A stretch of DNA of 64,000 nt from Gammaproteobacteria bacterium (GTDB lineage: Bacteria; Pseudomonadota; Gammaproteobacteria; GCA-001735895): NCBI GenBank assembly GCA_022340305.1, contig JAJDOF010000108.1, forward strand, positions 4,964-68,963, written 5' to 3'. Position 1 is the stretch's first letter, and every line of letters begins with the position of its first letter. Shown here piece after piece: positions 21,844 to 32,714 of the stretch. Made by a program: the position numbers and the translations under genes. The notes below the pieces were generated by a model, which saw only the letters and a list, made by a program, of their open reading frames with translations, searched no databases and was not told the DNA's origin.

Positions 21844-23286
21844 ATGTCATCAATACTGGAAACCGTTGGTCGAAACATTCTCGAGCCGAGTGAACTGGGG
21901 ATCGATCAACTCGGTGGATATCTCGATGCGCTGCAGGGCAAGTTCATCGATGCCGGCGATCTGTACTTTCAAACCAGTCAGCAAGAGTCCTGGGTAATGG
22001 ATGACGGTATTCTGCGCGAGGGTAGTTTCAATATCGAAAAGGGTGTGGGCATTCGTGCCATGTCTGAAGAAAAAACCGGCTTTGCCTATTGCGATGATCT
22101 GCATGCCAACGCGATTACCCAGGCGGTAAACAATGCCCGTGCGATCGTGCGCCAGGGGCAGTCACGCAGCCACGGAATTTCGCTCGCAAGCCACTCGACC
22201 AGGGCTCTGTATACTTCGGAGAACCCGGTCGATGGTCAGCTCGCAGAGGACAAAGTCGCGCTGCTCAAAAAACTGGACGTTTATACCCGTTCCCTCGATA
22301 CGCGTATCGAACAGGTCATCATATCCCTGTCTGGCGGTATCGATCATATCCTGGTGGCGGCGACCGATAATACCCTGGCTGCCGATATCCGCCCGCTGGT
22401 GCGCCTCAATGTCACCGTGCTGATGTGCCACCAGGAAAGGCGAGAGCAGGGTACTGCCGGCGCTGGTGGGCGACATGCCTATGATATCTTCTTCAATAGC
22501 GATAAACCTTACGAACTGGCGCGCGAGGCGGTGCGCCAGGCATCGACCAATCTGGAATCGGTTGCGACTCCGGCGGGTGCCATGCCCGTGGTACTGGGGC
22601 CGGGTTGGCCGGGTGTGTTACTGCACGAGGCGGTTGGCCACGGGCTGGAGGGCGATTTTAATCGCAAGGGAACCTCTGCATTCAGTAACCGCATCGGCGA
22701 GCAGGTGGCTTCCAGCCTGTGCACGGTAGTTGACGATGGTACTCTGCCGGATCGTCGCGGCTCACTCAGCATCGACGACGAAGGTGTGCCCGCGCAATGC
22801 ACGACCCTGATTGAAAACGGCATTCTCAAAGCCTACATGCAGGACAAGATGAACGCTCGACTGATGGGCACCCACTCAACCTCCAATGGTCGGCGTGAAT
22901 CTTTTGCCCACCTGCCGATGCCACGCATGACCAATACCTACATGTTGCCCGGCGAGAGCGATCCGCAAGAAATCATTCGCTCGGTGAAAAAGGGACTTTA
23001 TGCGGTTAACTTCGGTGGTGGTCAGGTGGATATCACCTCGGGTCGCTTCGTGTTTTCACTGTCCGAGGCTTACCTCATCGAGGACGGCAAAATTACTGCG
23101 CCCGTCAAGGGCGCCACGTTGATCGGGTCGGGCCCTGAAGTCATGGGCAAGATATCGATGGTTGGTAATAACCTCGAACTGGACCAGGGCGTCGGGGTTT
23201 GTGGCAAGGAAGGTCAATCGGTGCCGGTTGGCGTGGGTCAGCCCAGCCTGAAAATCGATGAAATTACCGTCGGTGGCACCGATTAG
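21844..23286 (+). CDS. tldD: Metalloprotease TldD
   Basis: [30 protein letters not shown] and [15 protein letters not shown] motifs. Confidence 0.97.
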   Translation: MSSILETVGRNILEPSELGIDQLGGYLDALQGKFIDAGDLYFQTSQQESWVMDDGILREGSFNIEKGVGIRAMSEEKTGFAYCDDLHANAITQAVNNARAIVRQGQSRSHGISLASHSTRALYTSENPVDGQLAEDKVALLKKLDVYTRSLDTRIEQVIISLSGGIDHILVAATDNTLAADIRPLVRLNVTVLMCHQERREQGTAGAGGRHAYDIFFNSDKPYELAREAVRQASTNLESVATPAGAMPVVLGPGWPGVLLHEAVGHGLEGDFNRKGTSAFSNRIGEQVASSLCTVVDDGTLPDRRGSLSIDDEGVPAQCTTLIENGILKAYMQDKMNARLMGTHSTSNGRRESFAHLPMPRMTNTYMLPGESDPQEIIRSVKKGLYAVNFGGGQVDITSGRFVFSLSEAYLIEDGKITAPVKGATLIGSGPEVMGKISMVGNNLELDQGVGVCGKEGQSVPVGVGQPSLKIDEITVGGTD

Positions 23287-23334
23287 CCGGGCGCTGCTGC
23301 GTCACGGGCTGCTCGCCGGGCCTGGCGGTGCGCG

Positions 23335-23688
23335 TCAGGTCACCGATAATGCACTGATTTCCATACCGGATTCGCCGCTTTGCAGGGTTAGCAGCCCGAG
23401 AAACTCCCCGGCGTAGCTGGAGCTGGTCAGACGCCATATTATGGTGACCGATTTTTCACGATGAATCGAATCGATAAATTCGAAATCATCCTCGATCGTT
23501 GTCAACAGTGGAAAGTCCTCACAGCTCTCACGGAAGTGATCTTCCGAAAGTTTCGACAGCAGGTCATTGGAAAAGCCGCGCGAAAAACGGGCATAGTCGC
23601 GCTCGCGTGCTGCGGCGATGATGTTTTTCCAGATGGGTTGCGCTACGGAGCGCAATTGTTCCTTTTGCAGGCGCGAAAATTGAGTCAT
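23335..23688 (-). CDS. Hypothetical protein coupled to the RND gene
   Basis: 117-aa ORF with an ATGA overlap with the RND stop codon. Confidence 0.65.
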   Translation of the reverse strand: MTQFSRLQKEQLRSVAQPIWKNIIAAARERDYARFSRGFSNDLLSKLSEDHFRESCEDFPLLTTIEDDFEFIDSIHREKSVTIIWRLTSSSYAGEFLGLLTLQSGESGMEISALSVT

Positions 23689-26600
23689 GTGGTTTCCACA
23701 GGGGTTGAGGTTTCAGACTGTAATGCGGCGTGCGCGTCTTCATAGATCGATAGCATCGCTGGAATGACCAGCAAGATCAACAGGGTGGCGAAGGCAAGGC
23801 CAAAGGCGATCGATACGGCCATCGGAATCAGGAACTGGGCCTGGCGCGAGGTCTCGAAGAGCAATGGTGTCAGCCCGGCGATGGTCGTCATCGAAGTCAG
23901 CAACACCGCACGCAGACGTTGACAGGCTGCTTCCACCAGCGCCTCGTCTATGGCCATACCGCGAGCGCGAATCTGCCGATAAAAGATCACCAGGATAATC
24001 GAGTCATTGACGACGATGCCGGACAGGCCAAAAAAGCCAAACATCGACAGGATAGTCAGGTTCATGTCCAGCAACCAGTGGCCGAGGACCGCACCGGTCA
24101 ATCCCATTGGAATGGTCAGCATGACCAGCAATGGCCAGCCATAGGATGAGAACACCCAGGCCAGCACCAGGTACATCAACACCAGTGCGATCAGCGCGCC
24201 GAGGCGCATGTCGGCAAAGGTCTCACGTTGACTGGCGGAACGTCCCTCGACGCTGATCTGTACGCCGTATTTGCTGGTGAGCGCCGGTAACGTGAACTGT
24301 TGCAGATCGGCGACGATCTCGGCGGTATTGTTAAGCGCTGCGTTAACGTCGGCGGAAACGTCGACCGACAGCATGCCGTTGAAATGACGCAAGGTTTCGA
24401 AACCTTGCGCGGAGCGCCAATCGGCGACGCTTTCAAGGGCGACAAAATCGCCATTGGCGAGCTTGATCGGTAAATGCAACAGGCTGTCCAGACGACGTTG
24501 TTCGGCATCTGGGAGTTGCAGTCTGACCTCGACTTCGTCAGCGCCTTGCTGAAAGCGTTGCAGGATAATGCCATCGTAGGCAGCGCGCAGTTGCCGTCCT
24601 ATGTCGGTAATCGATAGCCCCATGGCTTCGCCCGCCGGACTCAGTTGGTAGATCAACTGTTCCCTGCCATAGGGCAGGTCGTCGTCGATCGCGCTGACTC
24701 CGGAGATGGTCTCCAGTGTTTGCGCGAGATCCAGTGCCGCGGTTTTTAGCCGATGGGCAGACGATCCGGTAAGTCGCAGGTTGAGTTCGCGTCGCGCCGG
24801 ACCAACGGTACGCGAGGTGATCTGGAAACTCTCGACGCCGGGTGGAACCGTAATGCGGGATCGCCAGTTGTGGATGAAGGTTGCGTTGTCGGTACGCCGT
24901 TGATCCGAGCCGACCAGTTCGACGTACAGTGAACCCACCCGTTCACCGTTAATAGCCCTGCCACGCCCCACGGTGGAGGCGTGCGAGCGGTAGTAGGTCG
25001 ATACGACCGTTTCGTCGATCTGCGCAATCGTATTCAGTAACTCGTCCTCTACCTGCTCAACAAAGCGGTCGACAACCGTACTGTCGGTGCCGGAGACAAA
25101 GCGTACATTCGCATAAACCGTGGTCGATTCAGGAGAAGGGAAAAACTGCCAGCCGGTCTTGCCACTGACGAATAGTCCTGCGGCAAGCAGCAGAAAACCG
25201 ATAGCACAGGCGATAGTGGTCCAGCGAAACTCGATGGCAAGGGTGACCAGGTTGCGAAACCAGTGATCGCGCAGGCGGGCAAAGCCGCGATTGAGCCACT
25301 GGCGAATGCGCGATGGCTTTACCTCTCGACCCTTGACAAAGGCATGGCGCAGATGACCGGGCAAAATCAGGAAACTTTCGATCAGCGAGGCCACGATGAC
25401 GCAGATAATGACGATTGGTATCGCAATCATAATACTACCCATACGTCCGCCGATCAGCATTAACGGCAGAAAGGCGGCGATGGTCGTCAGCGATGAGGCG
25501 AGTACCGGGGCGAGCATGCGCCTGGCACCTCCCTCCGAAGCCATCAGTGGGTCCTCTCCCATATCGAAATGCGCCTGGGCGTCCTCGCCGACAACGATTG
25601 CATCATCGACAATAATGCCGAGCGCCATGATCAGGGCAAACAGGCTGATCATATTGATCGACCCACCCACCAGGTACAACACCGCCAACGTCGCCATGAA
25701 CGATACCGGGATACCGACCGCAACCCAGAATGCTACCCGCGTCGACAGGAACAGGTACAGAATAATCAGGACCAGCGCCAGTCCGCTGGCGCCATTTTTT
25801 ACCAGCAAAAGGATGCGATCCTTGATCAGTTGCCAGCTCTCATTGAATACCTGGATTTTAATATTTGCCGGTAACTGTTGGCGGGCATTGTCGAGCCAGT
25901 TCTGCAGGATCTGCGCTGCTTCCAGCGAATCGCCAGTTTCGTTACGCCGCAATACCATCACCAACGCGTTGCTGCCGGCAAGACTAATGGTCGGCGATCC
26001 GGGTAAATGTCGCTGTTCGATGTGCGCGATATCACCGAGGTTTATGCGCTTGTCAGCCTCGCTGATGATCGCGAGGCTGGCGAAGTCCTGGGGAGTTCTG
26101 CGCTGGTTCTGGCTACGGATTTCGCGCGCGCCGTCCTCTTCACCAATCTGGCCAGCGGGCAGATCCTGGCTGTCGGCATCGATTCTGCGCGCCAGTTCGT
26201 CGATCCCGATGCCGAGGCGCTGCATTTGTTCAGCGGCAATTTCGATTTTTATCTGTTGCTGGGGCAGGCCCTGAATGTCGATCTTGTCGATGCCGGCATT
26301 GATCAATTCCTGTTCGAACTGGCGCGCGAGCATGCGCAATTCTTCGATGTGGGTCGGTCCACTGATGAGCAGGCGCGCCACCGATTCGTAACGCACGAGT
26401 TGGACTACCTTTGGCTGTTCGGCATCGTCGGGCAGGTTCTGAAAGTCGTCCACCTGCCTTTTGACTTCATCCAGTGCCAGCGACATATTGGTTTTTTCGT
26501 CGAATTCGAGCGTAATGCCGGAAGACCCGCTGGCCGAGGTCGACGTCATTTCCTTGAGGTGGTCGACGCTGCGTAACCTCTGCTCTAACGGGATGGTTAT

Positions 26601-26792
26601 TCCCGCTTCAATGTCTTCGGCGCTTGCACCGCTCCAGCTGGTACTGACGCTGATCTGGTCGAGTTCAAAGTTAGGAAAGAATTGTACATTCAGTTTTTGC
26701 AGCGCGATGTAACCGGCTAACAGCATCATCGCCATCAACAGGTTGGCAGCCACACGGTGGCGTGCAAACAGACCGAGCAGACTAGTCTGCAT
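23685..26792 (-). CDS. AcrB/AcrD/AcrF-family RND efflux permease
   Basis: FARHRVAANLLM, ALGIIVDDAIVVGE, GIVVNDSIIL and RLRAVLLTSMTT motifs; the ATG at 26792 lies inside the MITE TIR. Confidence 0.93.
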   Translation of the reverse strand: MQTSLLGLFARHRVAANLLMAMMLLAGYIALQKLNVQFFPNFELDQISVSTSWSGASAEDIEAGITIPLEQRLRSVDHLKEMTSTSASGSSGITLEFDEKTNMSLALDEVKRQVDDFQNLPDDAEQPKVVQLVRYESVARLLISGPTHIEELRMLARQFEQELINAGIDKIDIQGLPQQQIKIEIAAEQMQRLGIGIDELARRIDADSQDLPAGQIGEEDGAREIRSQNQRRTPQDFASLAIISEADKRINLGDIAHIEQRHLPGSPTISLAGSNALVMVLRRNETGDSLEAAQILQNWLDNARQQLPANIKIQVFNESWQLIKDRILLLVKNGASGLALVLIILYLFLSTRVAFWVAVGIPVSFMATLAVLYLVGGSINMISLFALIMALGIIVDDAIVVGEDAQAHFDMGEDPLMASEGGARRMLAPVLASSLTTIAAFLPLMLIGGRMGSIMIAIPIVIICVIVASLIESFLILPGHLRHAFVKGREVKPSRIRQWLNRGFARLRDHWFRNLVTLAIEFRWTTIACAIGFLLLAAGLFVSGKTGWQFFPSPESTTVYANVRFVSGTDSTVVDRFVEQVEDELLNTIAQIDETVVSTYYRSHASTVGRGRAINGERVGSLYVELVGSDQRRTDNATFIHNWRSRITVPPGVESFQITSRTVGPARRELNLRLTGSSAHRLKTAALDLAQTLETISGVSAIDDDLPYGREQLIYQLSPAGEAMGLSITDIGRQLRAAYDGIILQRFQQGADEVEVRLQLPDAEQRRLDSLLHLPIKLANGDFVALESVADWRSAQGFETLRHFNGMLSVDVSADVNAALNNTAEIVADLQQFTLPALTSKYGVQISVEGRSASQRETFADMRLGALIALVLMYLVLAWVFSSYGWPLLVMLTIPMGLTGAVLGHWLLDMNLTILSMFGFFGLSGIVVNDSIILVIFYRQIRARGMAIDEALVEAACQRLRAVLLTSMTTIAGLTPLLFETSRQAQFLIPMAVSIAFGLAFATLLILLVIPAMLSIYEDAHAALQSETSTPVETT

Positions 26793-27053
26793 GTTGCACC
26801 AGTATCGCGGCAGATGACACCGGACAGATGCGGCTGAACGCCGGGCTGGACCGAAATCCATAGCTTGAGCTATGGATAGAACCGTGCCGGGAGCGGCGAA
26901 GGCCAAGTTCAGGCGTATCTGGACAAGTCAGAGCCGGCATAGGGCACGGGCCGATGGCTAGTGCTGCGAACCTGGAACGACGAAAATACGATTCAATATT
27001 GCCATTTGAACACTCATGAAATGGGCCGAGCCCGACTGGTGCAACATGCAGGC
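26785..27053. mobile_element. 269-bp MITE with 19-bp terminal inverted repeats and TA target-site duplication
   Basis: Left TIR GTCTGCATGTTGCACCAGT (26785-26803) matches the reverse complement of the right TIR (27035-27053) at 18/19; TA at 26783-26784 and 27054-27055; internal nested hairpins. Confidence 0.82.
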
Positions 27054-28294
27054 TATTGCTCACTATGCTTTACCTTGAGGCCTGATATGGCATTCGGCAG
27101 GTGAGTGGCGGCAATCAGTTCACCGTCGTCGATCTGCTGGCTGCGGATCAGTACCTGGGCCGGCTGGCCTTCAGTCCTTGACTGGCCGATAGTCTCAACG
27201 TCTACGGCCACCAACCGGTCCCCGACAACCTTATAAATTCTCGAATTTCCATATATCGCCTGGTAAGGAACAGCAAACACGTTGCTCTCTGCGGGTAGCT
27301 CGAGGTTTAGCGCCAGTAACTCACCGGGGCGAAATTGTGTGACTGCGCCGTGCAGTGAGAAATAGGCGTCAATTCCCGTGGCTTCGGCTTCACCGGCGAG
27401 GCGCAACAGCGGGAAGCGGCCGAGCTCTGCGCGATTGGCAATGTCGGCAGACAATACCTGTCCGGCAGCGATTGAGCGCTGCACCGATGGGATGTAACTG
27501 GTGGGCAGATGAGCTCGTATTTCGAGTGCGTCGAGTGGAAACAGTGATACCAGTATCTGACCCAGCGAAACACGATCGCCGGCTGCGACAGCGACTTCGC
27601 TGACGATCGCGTCAAACGGGGCGCGCAGATCCGACCGTTCCATCGCCAGCCGGGTCTCTGCCACCATCGCCTGGTTGCGATCGTGCCTTGCCTGCAGAAT
27701 ACGCAACTGTGTCGGATAGCTGTCGACTTCGAACTGGCGCGCAGTGACTTCCAGCTGACGTCTCCCCAGTTCACTGCGTGCGGCATTGAGCGCCGTATCT
27801 GCGCTCAGGTTCTGTTTCTTCAGCTGGACCAGACGTTCCACTTCGGCATCGGCCAGCGATGCCAGTTCGCGTTCGGTCTGCAGTGCCGACTGGTTGGAGC
27901 GATGGCGGATTTCCAGCTCGGCAATCTGACTGTCAATGTCACGCAGATCCGCTTCAGCCTGCAACAATGCAGCGCTGAAGTCACGCCGGTCCATGGTTAC
28001 CAGTGGGTCGCCCCGGCTGACGGCCGCACCATTACGCACGAACACACGTTCGATGATGCCGCCGCCGGGTGCTGCGGATTTCAGTAACTCGGGTGATTCG
28101 ATGCGGCCATACAGTGTCAGGTTGGGCGATAGTGCCTGTCGTCGCGCCGTCATGACATCAATCTGCCAGACTTTTTCAGTCAGTACCGGGCGATCCCGTT
28201 GGGTTTTACTCGAGACCAGCGAATAGTAGACGCCAGCGGATAACAGCAGCACCAGCATCGGCAGCAATAGCCTGACGGTGGACCTTGCAGTCAT
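27053..28294 (-). CDS. RND membrane fusion (periplasmic adaptor) protein
   Basis: N-terminal TM helix, lipoyl-like half-motifs, coiled coil and LRAPFDAIV; upstream of the RND gene. Confidence 0.88.
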   Translation of the reverse strand: MTARSTVRLLLPMLVLLLSAGVYYSLVSSKTQRDRPVLTEKVWQIDVMTARRQALSPNLTLYGRIESPELLKSAAPGGGIIERVFVRNGAAVSRGDPLVTMDRRDFSAALLQAEADLRDIDSQIAELEIRHRSNQSALQTERELASLADAEVERLVQLKKQNLSADTALNAARSELGRRQLEVTARQFEVDSYPTQLRILQARHDRNQAMVAETRLAMERSDLRAPFDAIVSEVAVAAGDRVSLGQILVSLFPLDALEIRAHLPTSYIPSVQRSIAAGQVLSADIANRAELGRFPLLRLAGEAEATGIDAYFSLHGAVTQFRPGELLALNLELPAESNVFAVPYQAIYGNSRIYKVVGDRLVAVDVETIGQSRTEGQPAQVLIRSQQIDDGELIAATHLPNAISGLKVKHSEQ

Positions 28295-28336
28295 TGGTAG
28301 TTGTTACAGGACGATGGTAGGTGCACAGAAATCTTC

Positions 28337-28840
28337 TCAGTCGGACCGCGTGGGCTCGGCAATTTTCTCAAAACGGGCTTCAGCCCGGTTCTTGGTAACT
28401 TCGTCGGGGTCAAAGATTTGACCATTCATTGCGATGTAAATTCCCGCTGGCAGAATTTGTACCGCGGCACTGGCGATGCCGAGATTGAACATGGCGTCGC
28501 TATAACGCATACGTGCCGGCTGCATGGCGCCGAACAGCACGATCGTCTTGTTTTCAATTCCTTGCAGGTCTTTGGCCGTGGCAACCATGGTGTCGGTGCC
28601 GTGGGTGATCAATACCATTGATTCTGTTGCGCGTTGGACGCGACCACGGATCATTGCGCGGTCCTCTGCCGTTATTTCCAGGCTATCTTTGTGCAACAGC
28701 GGTTCGACGCTGTAGGCAAAAGTCACATTGGCCTCCTGGAGTAATTCGCTGACCATCGGATCGCCGATATGGAATTCGCTCAAGGCATCGAAATAGACCT
28801 TGTCAAATGTGCCGCCGGTAGTGAATATCTTGATTGTCAA
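28337..28840 (-). CDS. Short asparaginase-domain protein
   Basis: TTGGTFDK and ITHGTDTM catalytic Thr motifs; N-terminal domain only. Confidence 0.85.
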   Translation of the reverse strand: MTIKIFTTGGTFDKVYFDALSEFHIGDPMVSELLQEANVTFAYSVEPLLHKDSLEITAEDRAMIRGRVQRATESMVLITHGTDTMVATAKDLQGIENKTIVLFGAMQPARMRYSDAMFNLGIASAAVQILPAGIYIAMNGQIFDPDEVTKNRAEARFEKIAEPTRSD

Positions 28841-28932
28841 TGCGTGCTCCCTGGGCAGGTGAAAATTGATCCCTGGCTAAGCAATATATTGTAAACTCAC
28901 CGCGCGCGCTCTACTAATCTGATTCGCCTGAA

Positions 28933-30159
28933 ATGACTAACGATTCACTGGTCCGCTCCAAAATACCGATTTTCGCGATTTCCTGCGCCTGCCTGATTTC
29001 ACTGCTGGCATTCGGCCCACGCTCCGCGATGGGTTTTTTCCAACTGCCGATGCTGCAGGACACCGGTTGGGACCGGACCACCTTCGGCATGGCAATGGCA
29101 TTGCAAAACCTGTGCTGGGGTATCGGCCAACCGCTGTTCGGCATCATCGCGGACAAGTATGGTGCCTGGCGCGTGTTGACGACTGGCGCGCTGTTACAGT
29201 TGCTGGGAATGCTGTTGATGGCGATTGCGCCCAGTCCGCTGTGGTTGCACATCGGCGGTGGTGTGTTGATCGGTCTCGGCGTGGCAGCCTGTTCTTTCGG
29301 CGTTGTGCTCGCCGCGATCGCGCGCCTGGTGAGTCCCGAAAAGCGTTCCTTTGCCTTCGGCCTGGGCACGGCCGCGGGCTCGGCTGGCATGTTCCTGTTT
29401 GCGCCGATTTCACAGGGCTTGATCGATGCCCTCGGCTGGTCTGATGGCCTCGTTACGCTCGGTATATTCATGCTGGCGATTCCATTGCTGGCGATTCCGC
29501 TGCGCGGTAATTCGTCTACCTCGAAGATCGCTGCTGCCGAATTCAAACATAGCGCCGGTGACGCATTGCGCGAGGCCCTTGCTCACAGGAGCTACCTGCT
29601 GTTGATTTCCGGCTTCTTTGTCTGTGGCTTCCAGGTGGCTTTTATTACCGCACATTTCCCGGCCTACATCAGCGACCTGGGCATTGCCGCGCGCTGGGCG
29701 GTGGTCGCCATCAGCCTGATCGGATTCTTCAATATTATCGGCTCGCTCGCCGCCGGTGTTCTCGGCCAGTATTACTCCAAACCGATATTACTGGCACTGA
29801 TCTACATCGCCCGCTCGATACTAGTGACTGCATTTCTGCTGCTGCCGGCCAGTCCGACCACCGTGGTGATATTTGCCAGTGTGATGGGATTGTTGTGGTT
29901 GTCGACGGTAGGGCCGACGAATGCGCTGGTTGCCGTCATGTTTGGTACCCGCTACCTCGGAATGCTCGGCGGCATCGTATTTTTCTCTCACCAGGTAGGT
30001 TCGTTCCTCGGTGTGTGGATGGGCGGATTCCTCTACGACATCTATGGGTCTTACGATGGCGTCTGGTGGCTGGGGGTCGCGCTCGGCCTGTTTGCCGCCG
30101 CCGTGCACTGGCCGATTCGAGAACAGGCCGTGCAGCGTCCTGTGCCACAGGCAATTTAA
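28933..30159 (+). CDS. MFS transporter
   Basis: About 12 hydrophobic segments; GIIADKYGAWRV motif A and FFSHQVGSFLG. Confidence 0.9.
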   Translation: MTNDSLVRSKIPIFAISCACLISLLAFGPRSAMGFFQLPMLQDTGWDRTTFGMAMALQNLCWGIGQPLFGIIADKYGAWRVLTTGALLQLLGMLLMAIAPSPLWLHIGGGVLIGLGVAACSFGVVLAAIARLVSPEKRSFAFGLGTAAGSAGMFLFAPISQGLIDALGWSDGLVTLGIFMLAIPLLAIPLRGNSSTSKIAAAEFKHSAGDALREALAHRSYLLLISGFFVCGFQVAFITAHFPAYISDLGIAARWAVVAISLIGFFNIIGSLAAGVLGQYYSKPILLALIYIARSILVTAFLLLPASPTTVVIFASVMGLLWLSTVGPTNALVAVMFGTRYLGMLGGIVFFSHQVGSFLGVWMGGFLYDIYGSYDGVWWLGVALGLFAAAVHWPIREQAVQRPVPQAI

Positions 30160-30250
30160 GTTCGCACAGACCCAACCCTCGAAGCCAGGAGTCTTACCAG
30201 CTATCGAAGCTGGCGCAAACGGATACGACAATCGATTAAACGAGAGCCGA

Positions 30251-31297
30251 TCAAACCAGCGGCGGTTCGTCGCTCAACTTCTCATCGGTGTTGGGATCGA
30301 GTTCATCGTTGTAGGCGTCGATGTTATCGGCTACCTGGTCGATTTCCTCGTAACCGGCGATATTGAAGATCGCCTCGCCGGCAAACACCAGCGGCAGGTT
30401 GGTTTTACCGATGACGATGCCGGAAACCGGGCTGATCAGCTCTTCCGTGTGCTCACCCAGCGGATTGTTGATATAGGCCAGCACATCACCTTGCTGTACC
30501 TTGTTTCCGGTACCCACCAGCGAGCGCAAAATACCACTTTGTCCGGCACGCACCCAGCGCGCGGTGTTGGCCACCATCGATTCCGTTTTGCGCGGACGCT
30601 TGCTGCGCGGGCGCATGCCGAGCTCGATCATCACCTGCAGTACGCCCCGCGTACCTGCGCGAATAGACACTTCGTCGAAGCGCAGTGCTTCGCCAGCCTC
30701 GTACAGTAAAACACTGATGCCCTTGTCGAAAGCGGCGGCGCGAAACGAATGTTCGAGAAACTCGGCATTGAGGATGACGGGTACGCCGAACGCTTTTGCC
30801 AGTGTTTCAAGTTCCGGGTTGCCGCGCAGCTTGGCACGGATCTGCGGTAGATTTTCACGGTTCACCGCGCCGGTATGCAAATCGATGATGTGCGTGGTGT
30901 GCGGCAGAATCTGGGTCATCAGCACGTGGGCCAGGCGCGAGGCCATGGAGCCATTTTCGGAACCGGGAAAAGAACGGTTCAGGTCACGGCGGTCGGGCAG
31001 ATAGCGCGATTTGGAAACGAAACCGTAGACGTTCACCACCGGAATGGCGATCAGCGTGCCCTCGATGCGGTTGAGTGACCTGTGCGAGAGCAGTCGGCGG
31101 ATGATTTCGACGCCATTGATCTCGTCACCATGTATTGCGGCGCTGACCAGCAGCACGGGTCCGGAACGGCGGCCGTGCACCACGTGTACCGGCATGTTGA
31201 CGCTGCTGTGGGTGTAAAAACTCGGCAGCGCAATATCGATCGATTGCCGGGTACCGGCTTTGATACTTACTCCGGCAATCTCTATTGGCGGTCGCAT
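30251..31297 (-). CDS. Succinylglutamate desuccinylase/aspartoacylase-family protein
   Basis: AAIHGDEINGVE, DLNRSFPG, DLHTG and YEAGE motifs; follows rimK. Confidence 0.9.
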   Translation of the reverse strand: MRPPIEIAGVSIKAGTRQSIDIALPSFYTHSSVNMPVHVVHGRRSGPVLLVSAAIHGDEINGVEIIRRLLSHRSLNRIEGTLIAIPVVNVYGFVSKSRYLPDRRDLNRSFPGSENGSMASRLAHVLMTQILPHTTHIIDLHTGAVNRENLPQIRAKLRGNPELETLAKAFGVPVILNAEFLEHSFRAAAFDKGISVLLYEAGEALRFDEVSIRAGTRGVLQVMIELGMRPRSKRPRKTESMVANTARWVRAGQSGILRSLVGTGNKVQQGDVLAYINNPLGEHTEELISPVSGIVIGKTNLPLVFAGEAIFNIAGYEEIDQVADNIDAYNDELDPNTDEKLSDEPPLV

Positions 31298-31309
31298 GCG
31301 CGGTACTCT

Positions 31310-32212
31310 TTAACCCGCACCACGCGTACTGGTCTGTCCCGGTTTACTTTTTTCGAGGAAAGCGATCATCATTCCGGCGATATCCTTGCCGGTAGCACCC
31401 TCTATGCCTTCAAGACCCGGACTGGAATTGACTTCCATGACCACCGGACCGTGGTTGGAACGCAGCAGGTCGACACCGGCCACGGTCAGGCCCATGATTT
31501 TGGCGGCACGCGCTGCCGTGGAACGCTCTTCGGGCGTAATTCTGATAAGGCTGGAAGCACCGCCACGATGCAGATTGGAGCGAAATTCACCCGGCGCACC
31601 CTGGCGTTTCATCGCTGCGACGACCTTGCCGTCGATGACGAAACAGCGAATATCGGCGCCACCGGCTTCCTTGATGAATTCCTGGATCAGGATATCGGCC
31701 TTGACGCCCATGAAACCCTCGATGACGCTCTCGGCAGCCTTCTGCGTTTCTGCAAGCACCACGCCAATACCCTGGGTACCTTGCAACAGCTTGACCACCA
31801 GCGGTGCGCCACCGACCATCTTGATGACGTCCTTGATGTCATCGGGCTTGCTGGCATATCCGGTCAACGGCATGCCGATGCCCTTGCGCGATAACAGTTG
31901 CAACGAACGCAGTTTGTCGCGCGAGCGGGTGACCGCAACCGATTCGTTGAGTGGGGTTACACCCATCATTTCAAACTGGCGCAGTACCGCCGTTCCGTAG
32001 TGAGTAACCGAAGCCCCGATGCGCGGGATAACGCAATCGAAATCTTCGAGTACCTTGCCACGATAGTGAATCGTAGGCTTGTGGGAGGCGATGTTCATGT
32101 AGGCGCGCAGCACGTCGATGACGACAATTTCGTGTCCACGGGCTTCGGCGGCTTCAATAATTCGATTAGACGAGTACAGTCTGCGATTCCTCGACAGCAG
32201 GGCAATTTTCAT
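31310..32212 (-). CDS. rimK: ATP-grasp alpha-L-glutamate ligase RimK
   Basis: [28 protein letters not shown] and [12 protein letters not shown] motifs. Confidence 0.96.
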   Translation of the reverse strand: MKIALLSRNRRLYSSNRIIEAAEARGHEIVVIDVLRAYMNIASHKPTIHYRGKVLEDFDCVIPRIGASVTHYGTAVLRQFEMMGVTPLNESVAVTRSRDKLRSLQLLSRKGIGMPLTGYASKPDDIKDVIKMVGGAPLVVKLLQGTQGIGVVLAETQKAAESVIEGFMGVKADILIQEFIKEAGGADIRCFVIDGKVVAAMKRQGAPGEFRSNLHRGGASSLIRITPEERSTAARAAKIMGLTVAGVDLLRSNHGPVVMEVNSSPGLEGIEGATGKDIAGMMIAFLEKSKPGQTSTRGAG

Positions 32213-32224
32213 AGGAGTTCCGGT

Positions 32225-32689
32225 TTACAGTTGGTAAAGCTTACGGGGTCTTAATCTTCCGTTTATGTAAGAGGCGGCTGGATCGACCAGGTAACGGTCT
32301 TCCATGGCGCGACGTCCCAGCAGCATTCGAAACGCCATTGTATCACGATTTGTCAAGGTCATTTCAATTGGCCAGCGAGCATCGCCGATGACAATATCGC
32401 TCTGGATGACGTAGCGCATTTCGCGATGCCCACCGGAATCGGTGACCTCGCGCTGATCGAATACCGGGCAATGGCATTCGACTTCGAGATCCTGGTTGCG
32501 CTGGATTGGATGGATCAGGAAGCGCAACATATCGACGCCATCCTGCTGGTAGGGCTCGATCAGGAAGGCGTGCAGCGCCGATGTTCGGGCGCCGGTGTCG
32601 ACCTTGGCCTTGATCGCGGGCAGCTTCAGGTTGGGCAACGCGACCCATTCGCGCCAGCCGATGCTGGGCAGTTCGGAGTTTATCGTCAT
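32225..32689 (-). CDS. RimK-associated retropepsin-like protease (RimB type)
   Basis: [21 protein letters not shown] and MLLGRRAM motifs. Confidence 0.9.
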   Translation of the reverse strand: MTINSELPSIGWREWVALPNLKLPAIKAKVDTGARTSALHAFLIEPYQQDGVDMLRFLIHPIQRNQDLEVECHCPVFDQREVTDSGGHREMRYVIQSDIVIGDARWPIEMTLTNRDTMAFRMLLGRRAMEDRYLVDPAASYINGRLRPRKLYQL

Positions 32690-32714
32690 GTAACCGTGAT
32701 TCAGGGTGATTCAA

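Noticed and set aside
25396-26274. 292-aa antisense ORF over the RND gene
   Set aside because: A typical shadow ORF of a membrane-protein gene.
26782-27063. 93-aa ORF between MFP and AcrB treated as an independent gene
   Set aside because: It is the ancestral AcrB start reading into the MITE; covered under the MITE finding.
31082-31894. Long antisense ORFs over rimK (likewise 41652-42407 over aphA and 51585-52331 over leuB)
   Set aside because: Shadow frames opposite well-conserved genes.
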